Source of the DNA: Amoebophrya sp. A120
Taxonomy: Eukaryota; Protista; Dinoflagellata
Assembly: GCA_905178155.1 (NCBI GenBank)
Contig: CAJINV010000009.1
Coordinates: 1,110,692 to 1,174,691 of the forward strand
Length of the DNA stretch: 64,000 nucleotides
Direction: 5' to 3'
Position numbers and translations under genes: made by a program. The notes below the pieces were generated by a model that was not told the origin of the DNA, ran no database searches, and was given only the letters and a program-made list of their open reading frames with translations. Positions 50,539 through 60,105 of this stretch are shown here, in pieces (position 1 is the stretch's first letter; the number at the start of each line of letters is the position of its first letter).

Positions 50539-51159
50539 CTATTTCGCTGCTTCCGCTTGTAGGGTACAACACGTGTCGACGTCGGCATCGTTGCTCTCGT
50601 CGCACGCTGTGCTTTCACAAAATTTGGTTTGCTCTTTGGCGCACTGGTCTTCCGGGAGATGACGACCACACAGAACCATGTCGAGTGCGCAAAGAGGCGG
50701 GATGACGGTAAAGTGGGTGCACGTCTCGTCCCCATTTCTAAGCGACGGCTTATCCACTTTTGTGACGTACGCTAGACAGTCTGCGGAAGCAGAGCACCTC
50801 GCTTCACAATCACTGTCTGTAATGTTGGCCAGCTTCAAGAAGTTGGCGCAGGGTCCCCCGCCAGTGGTACCTTGCTTGCACACACAGTACCCAGTTCCGA
50901 GCGAGTCGTATGTCGGGGGATCCGTCCCAGCGTTTTTCCGCTCACACGACCCGTTTTCGTACTGCTTGTGGGTGTCAAAGCCCCTGCTCCAGGAGGTATA
51001 CGGTGTCCAACATGTGTAGATCTCATCGAGTGTCACACGGAGTGTAGAGTTTACATTGCTGCAAATTGCTCCGCGCTTGAATCCGTCTGCACAGGGTGTC
51101 CAGCTGAAAATCGGTGCACGTGCGTTGCTCTGAAAAAAGCCTGATTGCGTCCACTTCAT
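50539..51159 (-). CDS. Cysteine-rich putative secreted/surface protein (fragment, possibly frameshifted)
   Basis: 206-aa frame with about 20 Cys (CEARCSASADCLAYV resembles a PAN/apple-like spacing; DVDTCC). A hydrophobic Met-rich leader lies upstream near 51245-51290. Confidence 0.45.
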   Translation of the reverse strand: MKWTQSGFFQSNARAPIFSWTPCADGFKRGAICSNVNSTLRVTLDEIYTCWTPYTSWSRGFDTHKQYENGSCERKNAGTDPPTYDSLGTGYCVCKQGTTGGGPCANFLKLANITDSDCEARCSASADCLAYVTKVDKPSLRNGDETCTHFTVIPPLCALDMVLCGRHLPEDQCAKEQTKFCESTACDESNDADVDTCCTLQAEAAK

Positions 51160-51624
51160 GTATCAATCTTAGCAGCTGTCGTTGGTGCTCGCGGCAACAT
51201 CATTATCATTTAAATTTATGAAAAAGAAACACATACAAATAAAATTCCGAACAGTAACCAAGGCGATCGTAACGATGGTCATCATCATGCAGCAGTACTA
51301 GGGGAGATGACACGGTCTGTTCCTAAATTTGTAAATGCAGATATCACTATTCTGCATATCAGACGCGTAAAGTGATGCGCTTCATCCCGTAGGAAAAATT
51401 CCAGTTTCAACAATTTCAATGTGCGGCGGTACACGAAGTTTTAGCTTCACGATTCGCCGGCTTCGATTTGTTTTCCGCGCGCACGGAAAACAAATTCTTC
51501 AGAAGAACGCGTGCACGGTCTTCGCTCTGATACAGGACTCGTTCGCCGGAACAGCGGTCGTGGTGGTTGTGGTGGTAGCTATCAATGGGAAAATCAAAGA
51601 CCATCACGATCACAAATTCGTTCT

Positions 51625-52308
51625 TCAAAATGCCGCTCTTTTCTCAGCCGGAAGTGGCAAAAGCATCGAAAGCTCTTGATGTGTGTGCAGCTGTACTTCC
51701 GCCCTCGGCCTCGGGCATCTCTCCTTATAATGCAGAACGACTGCGCCATGCAAAAATTGAAATTGCAAGATCATGAAAAGTATGTTTGCTTTTTCCATTC
51801 GCGTACTACTGGTGGTGGCATCGCCCTGGACCGCGTCAGTTTCCGTCTCGGAAGGGCAACATCCGCTGTCGCTTTCACCCTCTGAAGCTCCTTCGGCAGC
51901 TCCGCTCGCTCTCTTGTTGTGCTTCATCAGAACCGTGGTTTTCCTCGCCTGTTGCTTCTTCGTCTCACCAACTTGCATATGTAACTTGTACGCCCCAACA
52001 GCGATGGGAACAGGCCCGAGGCAGATCATGCACCATTTTCTTCCCAGAAAGCTCGTCCGCCCGGGAGACGCGCGCGCCGTTGCGGAGGCGGCGGCGGGCA
52101 TGCCCTCACTGGTTTTGCAGCGACTTGCGGTGCTCGCTGGCCTTGGTGACGAAGACGAAATGCCTACTCTTACAAGGTAGCGCCGTAGGTTCGAAGACTT
52201 CTTATCCAGGGCCGACGGTCGCACTATCACTGGCAGTCGGCGCAAGAATCCGAGTGGTCTGCTTAGTAGTTGCACTGGTGGCCCGCTGGTCTCGCTCGAC
52301 GATCCCAC
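51625..52308 (-). CDS. Possible hypothetical protein
   Basis: GC-rich 227-aa frame on the minus strand. The correct frame is unclear. Confidence 0.25.
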   Translation of the reverse strand: MGSSSETSGPPVQLLSRPLGFLRRLPVIVRPSALDKKSSNLRRYLVRVGISSSSPRPASTASRCKTSEGMPAAASATARASPGRTSFLGRKWCMICLGPVPIAVGAYKLHMQVGETKKQQARKTTVLMKHNKRASGAAEGASEGESDSGCCPSETETDAVQGDATTSSTRMEKANILFMILQFQFLHGAVVLHYKERCPRPRAEVQLHTHQELSMLLPLPAEKRAAF

Positions 52309-53650
52309 GCAGAACGCGGCTTGGTCGTTTCGGTTCGCGGGAATCGCAATCGGAATGCGGCCGCAGTAAAAGTATGATGCGAGTAGATGGCTCTAGCTTG
52401 TAAAGAAAGCAGGCGAGTGCTGGCTCCGCTTGACCACCCAGGAAAACTGCAGATAATAATAGGTCAAAAGGAGCGAACGAACATTCGCTGGAATGTGGAA
52501 GCCAGACAGAACAGAAGGCTACTATCAAACCGTGAAGCGCGAGCGACGAGAGCTAAGATTTACTTTTGAAACAATTTTTGCAGAAAAAAAAAGACGAGCA
52601 CAGGTGGGGGAGGGGGCTTCGGGATGAAGTAGTTCACTGTCACTGTTTGATCAAGAAGTGTCATAATATATAATTCCAAAGCAACGGTAAATCACACCAT
52701 ACAGCTAAGGAAGGGCTTTACAATGAGTCTTTGTGTACAAGAGAGGAATCGCTTTCTCAGGTGTTGAAGGCACGCGTATGGAATTGAGCAACTGCAACGT
52801 CCACTACTCTTAGAACGATGACGAAAACGACTTGATGCAGTCAACTGCACGGTAAACCGACAGACAGGAATGGCCAAGATGCCTTCTCACGACCAATGCA
52901 GCCCTTCACCAACGAAAAAACGAAATATGCGCAGATATAGAGGGGCTCACGTAAGAGGCACCGAGCGATGACGAGATTCTTTCAGCATGTAACAGAGTGA
53001 AACGACGAAAACAGGGCGAGGAAGCCCATAAAGCCTTGCGAGGACTGAAAGCAGCCAACACCCACCGCCAAGTATAGCGATATGCAGATGTCGGGCGAAT
53101 CAATGGGAATTATTATCATGCGCGCGATCGCTACTATTGCCCTTGCGCTGAAAGAGAAGCGTACTGTAGCAGGAAAGTATCCTGTTAAATTAATTGTAGC
53201 TATGCTAAGTTGTAATTAGATAGCACACACAAAAGCTGGAGGGTGCGATATTGAAGGAAGAATCATCGATGTTTGGCCGCCGAGTTTTCGCCGTAAAGAT
53301 CAGCTGACCCGTCATACCGCGACGCAGCGAGCGCACCTTTGTGAGGCAGCAGCGGTCCCAAGAACTACGAACCACGTCACGTAAATTCAAATACATGTGC
53401 GGTCCTGTGCTGGGACCAGCATGCAATACCTACCATCGACAGAAAATTGTTACATCTATTTGCCTCAATGCTGGACAGCCGGCGAGGCATGAGAATTGCT
53501 ATACACAGGCGTGCTTCTTTTATATGCGTTCTGGTCTCGGGTCGTGCTGACATCGCGATCTGAATTATTATACCCATCCACTCTAAAAGTACCGAAAAAA
53601 AGAAACGATGGGCAAAGAAGTGATTTCCTTTTCAAACCATAAATATTTCT

Positions 53651-56600
53651 CTATGTGCGAAACCTCCCCGACAATCGGCTCCTCGCTGCCCATTCCGTTG
53701 CTGCATCTTTCGGGGGTGGGCCTCTGATTGCTCGCCAAATCCATACAAACAGGTTGAAAAAATGCGCGAAGGACAGTGCCGCCGCAAGCGCGTAGTCATC
53801 GCTCGAAATTTTGTCCACCCAGAACTCGTGCTGCTGATTCTTTCCTCCGACGATTCGCTGAAATCCGTACAAGATGTAGACCACAAAAGCGAAACTGGCC
53901 ATCGAAAACACAAAAATCGTCACCGTCCCGACGCTGGTTAATTATATGTTTACGAAAATATTAATACAGATTAGTTCGCTGCATCAATAAGCACTAGACT
54001 GTAATATAGTTTCTTTGACTTACACACTCCTTAGCACCGCCAAAGCTGCTGTCTGACCCGGGCCGAGATGAAAAGAAAATGAAACAGAACAAAAAAGTAG
54101 CTAGGTACTGTTTTCCCTCCTCGCCCCCGGCGTAACCGGAGCAGACGACGGCGACAGCAATAGCGGCCATGAGCAATGAGATAACTAGCCCAGAAATCCA
54201 GAGCGCCCCGCCGGTCAGGTCAATCGCGACAGAAAAAACGAAGAGCAACAGCACCGTCACAGAGGCGATTACCACGGAGATCCAAACCGCCGAGGTCGCT
54301 TCAAAGAAGCAGGTGAAGGTGGTGAAACAGAAAAATACACGAGCGCCCCTGTATCTAAAAAAGTGCGGCTTGCAGTCTGCGAAGTCGCAACTTGAGGTCG
54401 ATTCAAGATCGAGAGCATGCCTTCCGAATATATCGAGGTCCGTTTCGGAAGAACTGGTTGCAGAGTAGAATTACTAAGACACGAACAACATGGGTCCGTT
54501 GATAAAATCATGGACGATAGCTGGTGTGAAGTGCGAGCTTCTACATATCAAAAGTCCCTGCTGCACACACGGCGGTGGCGATGTGTATTTTCATCCGGTA
54601 AACTGCAGCTGCAAAGCAAAGCTTAGTGCAACAACGATGCAGAGAATGTAAGGCCAGGCCCCTTGCTTGGGTGCCTCGCCAGCAGAGCCGGAAACCACGG
54701 CGCAGTAGGTCGCAAGCCCAATGAGGAAGCCAGCACCAAACATGAGCCCGGAAATCAGCCGAAGATTGTACAGAGTCTCATAGACTTCGTCGACGAAGGC
54801 CTCGGAGGGAGCTTTTGCATACTCGCCCGCAAGGGTTGAGCTGCCGCTGGCAAGCATACCTTCAGGGATGATTCCTGTGGTGCAATCGACGTTTATTTGT
54901 ATTTTCCTTTTCATACTAAGTTAAGTATTGCGCGGTGAAAATGAATAAGGTTCATTTATATCAGTAGGTTTAGACGTCGGCCTCGGCGTCGTCGCGCGTT
55001 CAGTACATAATCAACCTTATCCTGTTATTCTGGCTGAGACTATTGCTTCAAACAAGACGACTCTGGCCCCAATGCAACGAGCAAGGTCGCGCGCAAAGCT
55101 GTAAATATGGGTCGCGAGCTATCAGGATGGGTCGCGGCGTTGCATCGCAAAAAATTGGAGGCCACCAAGATTCTGCAACTGCGCCCAACTTGCTACTCCT
55201 TCAGCATCATCAACACATGATGTGTATGAATGTGTAAGGTGGAGGCTGCGGTAGCACCCACAAACACAAAATCCAAGTCCAACAATCGCATGATTCTCCA
55301 TATTTGCTTTTGCATTTCTATCTTTATAGTATACCACTCGGATTGAGCTCCGTCATGAACATTCCACCAGCACTATCGCTTGGAAAGCCTTTCAATCCCT
55401 GTGCCCAAGCTTTGTATATCGTGCGGCACAAAAGAGCACGCGTACAAGTGATCTTGCGCCAAAAAGTACACAAAAGGACGAGGAGTTTTTCACGGCAGTT
55501 CCATTTTTCCGACGTATTACGGAGAGTACTGGCGTGAAAAACTGCTCACCGTGGCCGCAATTCCGATGCGGTTTCGGATTCGATTGGGTCCCGGGGCGGC
55601 GCTCCATCATGCATACATTTGCAGCGAGGAACAAAACTTCCTTGGGTTACAATACGCCGCGTACAGCGAAGATATAGCGCAGGACCCGAAAAAAGAATCA
55701 AGGGGATGTTCTTCCCGCGCAGTACAAGATCAGCGCACATGGCTCACTTTTTTGCTGGCGAGCGCGACTATTTCTATGAACGGAAAAAGAAGTTTGCGGC
55801 AAGGGCAGAAATGCTTTCCATGCGATAGGTGGTATCGTGTGTAATTTTCGCTCAGACCTCTTGTCAACCTCTGATGGTCGAACAAATATGAAACAAATGT
55901 CATGCTTGTTCCAGGACAGGCTGCTCGCGGAACCGAAAAACAGGCCGCTAGACGGGACACATGCACAGCAACGCACGACAAGATGGTGAGTGCGAAATTA
56001 CGTGTGATAAACCGCGTTCAATTTCTCCTGGCCATCTGAAAACTGATACCCCCGCCCAGCTACGGCTATCTGAAATTCTATCGCCTTGATCTTTGGGTAC
56101 CCTACATGCCAAAATTATCGCCTTGAAAAATGTGCTACCCATACCAAGCCAGTGAGCCGATGAATATTCCTATAATTGACTTTGTGAGTCTTCATCGCGA
56201 TGACTTGCGATCCGCATCGGATTTTCATTTTCCTTTTTCGCTTTCGTTACGATATAATTATAATACTCCGAATACAATTATCAGGGGGACACCAGTAAGT
56301 AAGACCGTCAGGCGGCCGTCCGCAGAGTGACAGGAAAGTGTCAGTCTACACCTACAGGCATAGATATTACAATGATGATGATGTTGGCAGTGTGCTCAAA
56401 GAAAATAGAATGAACTATTTTTAGCTATGATCGCTCCGTGATCATGCTCATGCATGTTCTCACTACCCCCCGGGGTATTTGTGCTTGCAGGGCGCTGCAA
56501 TATGGGTAGCCTCAAGAAGAGCAGCCGTTTCCTTGCATGGCTTCATGATAAGCGGCAACGCGCTGCAAATTCCTAGCATCAAGGTCGTGATCCCCAGGAC

Positions 56601-58505
56601 TTTTCTGCTCTATGCACAGAAAGTTTTGAGTTGCGTCCACGGGGACATTCCAGGGGCATCACACAGGGTGACCCTGCCACATACGAAGGCATGTGAAACT
56701 TACAGTGTGGAACAAGGCTCTACAAGTACTCTCTCGTTTCTTTCTAGGTAAGAAACAGAAAATGGATGCAACATGAAATCCAAAAAATACGATCTGCAAC
56801 TCAAAACTTTCTGAAGCATATCGCAAATTTCTTTCTGATGCCCTCATCCTCCATGTGCGCAGTTATGATTTGCGCTTCCTCGCTGCCAAAGTCCCACTTT
56901 TCACCCCGTGTTGGTATCAAAGCCAAACGCATGCGCAACCCACCCCCAACTTCTTTTGTTCTTGCCTCGTTTTTTCACTTGTGAGTTCGTTGAAGCAAAG
57001 CAAGCTCTCTTCGAAAAAGGTGTAAAAGCATGTTAAGCAGAGGCTGCGTTCGCCCCTCTTCAACATCCGTGGCTAGATCACATTCATCCCAGTGGGGCGA
57101 AACCTCAATAGCTGATAGGAGGATTAGAATCAACATTCAGACAAGGCGGCCTGTGTCAACCTCAACAAGAAGGGGAGACACAGAGCGACATACCAATTAG
57201 AATATTTATAGTACGTACAACAATCCTAAACGAGAGCAAATGTCATAAAAACCCTGTCGAGCGAAGCCCGCATGCTGTCCTTCCGCAACCAGGCCTGCGG
57301 AGGACCAAAAGCCAAAAACAAACATTTCTGCACTGAAAATGTCTGCCCTCTTGTTTTAGTTCGTACAGTACAGCACGCACGATAATTTTTTCTCTAGAAA
57401 ACGAAAAGCATTTCTGCGCAGCACTTTATCTAGGGTGGGTAAAGCAAGTTTTCACTTTGATACCAGACATGGCCCCCTCCATGGGGTCTTCATACCCATA
57501 TCCGTACCCGTTCGGTCCCGCAGGAGCCGCTCCACCGTACATGAGGACTGAGGGTTTGCTACCGCTGGTGCTTCCTTCCAGGCTTTTTTGTCTGCAATTT
57601 GTGGCGTCTCCTTGTACCCAACGTCAAAACAAGAAGTCCGTGCGATCCCTTAGCTCGACAACAATGAGGGCAATCGCAAAAGCCCCGCGATCGCATGAGA
57701 ATACGCACTGAGTCTTCACAGGGTGTTGAACAGCACGCCTTTAAATAAACGGAGGTGAAAGCTAACTCACACACTTGAATTATTTTCGAAAAAAAAATAT
57801 ATAATATGGTTTGGGTCGCTTCTCTTCCTCCCAGGGTATGAGTGGAAAAGAAGCGACAGACGAAAGCGAATCTGTGGGGAGGGATTCCGGGGCAACTAAC
57901 TCCTGGCGAAAAAGAACGGCTGGCCATTGCACTCTCATATAGATGAATTACCGACATGGAAATAGTGACGAAGACAAACGGGTGCGGACGAAAAAGCACG
58001 ACAACTGATACGAAGACACTGGCGCTGAAGCGTGTAGTACTTACCGCCATGACAATTTCCACCACACGAAAAACGGATGAAACACTACGTGTCATTATGT
58101 ACGCTGCACACGACGAGGTTTATTTACAACAAGCACCTGCCGAGCTGAAGGACGATCACGATTTCAACCGAGACTGTTTCATTTTTTTCTTACGCGTATG
58201 TACGTTGACCGAACCGCGAGAACATTCATCTCTTCGAACGCGTATATGTAGAGCAAACCTTTTGCTTTTCCGATGGGAAGGAAACGGAAACCTTCCGCAG
58301 GAGTGCCAACACCATACTGAAGCTGTGCGCTGATTGCTGGTTTGGCTCGTTGCGCAGGTTGAAGCAAGCCAACACTAACAATCACGAAGCAGCAGCACAT
58401 CACGAGAAAACCGAAACTCACGGCTTCTGGCATCAACATCACGTTTCGTTTGTGGCTTTTTGCTGCACAACACGAACCTTCAAGACACCTTGAAGCAGTA
58501 GCCAC
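53651..58505 (-). CDS. TMBIM/Bax-inhibitor-1 (lifeguard-like) locus, apparently three tandem domains, many frameshifts
   Basis: The last domain is clear: YILYGFQRIVGGKNQQHEFWVDKISSDDYALAAALSFAHFFNLFVWIW. Upstream fragments EGIRKKF..YASESFELQIVFFG, LAQDHLYACSFVPHDI, MPEAVSFGFLVMCC and FSCDRGAFAIALIVVEL resemble TMBIM N- and C-terminal motifs. Confidence 0.5.
56915..57462. mobile_element. Decayed inverted-repeat intron element
   Basis: TATCAAAGCCAAAC...ACCCACCC versus revcomp TATCAAAGTGAAAAC...ACCCACCC. It separates coding-like GYEDPMEGAMSG from GEKWDFGSEEAQ. No intact direct repeat. Confidence 0.5.
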
Positions 58506-60105
58506 GCCACCTTATGCGACTGCCATATAATTTTCGCTATGTCTTACTCGATTCAAAAATGTTCACAAGAACAATAGAATCTCTGCGGGACGAGAACACA
58601 AAGCAGAAACAAAGCCGAGGCGTTCGAGAAGAAATGCCAAGACCGAACCATGAAGGTATGACTATCCGGAAGTATGTAATGCTGCTCAAATTTTTCGCGG
58701 TCGCCACAGCTCCTGCAAAACTACCAGCTCGTGGGATACACGAGATGGGCTCAACAGATTTTCCCCGACGGGTGCGCCATCCCTAGACTTCCTGATCCCT
58801 CGATCATGCCTTTGCTCATGCAGAAGCAACGGAAGAATGGAATCGTGATCGTAAACGCTGTTCGTTGCTTAGTGCAGGGGCGCACTGGCTACCGGTAATT
58901 CCGTGTCGTGCTCGTTTCTGGGGCCTCTACTACATTTGTTGAGAGAGGCGCGCATCCTGCAAATGTCCTCGTTCTGGTTTTGAATCGGCCTGAAGCCACC
59001 GTCTTTCGTGCGCGCTCTCTTTTTTCAAAGTTAAATAAAGGCTCGCTTTAGCGTTGTCTAACAATTCATATTTCTATAGTGTACATAACTGCTTATTTTG
59101 GGGTTCGAAATTTTTTGTCTGTTTCACTAGGAGAATGCCAGCCTGCTGGGATACAACGGGCCTTTAGTATTCGTCTTAGCATTTGAATAGAAATCTACAT
59201 TTTTCTGGGGTCTGGATGGAAATAGCTGCAAAGGATAGCGCTCAAAGATGATAGAAAAGAAAGTATTTCCGTCGATAATATACAAAAAAAAAGATGAAAA
59301 AAAGGGATCGGCAGGGAATCAAATTTGTATGCAAAGCTTCTTGTACAGGTATAAAATTGAAAAAAGTAAAAAATCTAATGCATATTTAGTCTTAGCGGTC
59401 GTGAAACGGAAAAATGCAGATCTCATGCTCTTAGATTAGGTCGTTCTCCTTGGTGGAAATGTGCAAAAGACAGTTAAGTACTTACAAAGTGAGCAGATTA
59501 AACTGGTTCGTTATCGTCTCGGTATCTCTCGAAAAAACAAATTCAGAAACTTAAGCGGAAAATAATGATGACACATATTCAGATTTTCGTGTGACAATGG
59601 TGCTTTTTTAGCTTGGCAATGCTGCTTCGTCTTTTTTTTTCCTTCTCATTGTGACTTGCCGGCGTCTCGTGAGATATCAGAGTGTCAGGCGGACTGAAAA
59701 ATTAGTCCTAGTGCTGTTCTTTGTGCATCACAATGCGCCTTGCCTTCCAATCAGTCAATGGCGGACAGCAGCAGACAGAGCCCCTGCCGTCCGTGCTAAA
59801 AAATCGCAGCAAGAACATGCAAGAAGTCAATTGGCGTTGGACAGCGAGGCATGCCAATGCCAAAACGCAATTGCGGTGACGCTCATCAGAATTGAAAAAC
59901 ACGACCCCAAAGTAGAAACGAGTGCCAAAAGCATGTCACTTGTCATGCTTTGTTGCCGCTTTATGTCTTTTCGTTTGCGCTTGGAGGACCATCATCTAAC
60001 TATATTGACTTTGACTATCTCACTTGCCAACTGACACTCGCATAGATAGATGAAGACCACCTTTCAGTATCCAGGTTTTTCGGCATGGCCTGAAGCGCCG
60101 TAGTA

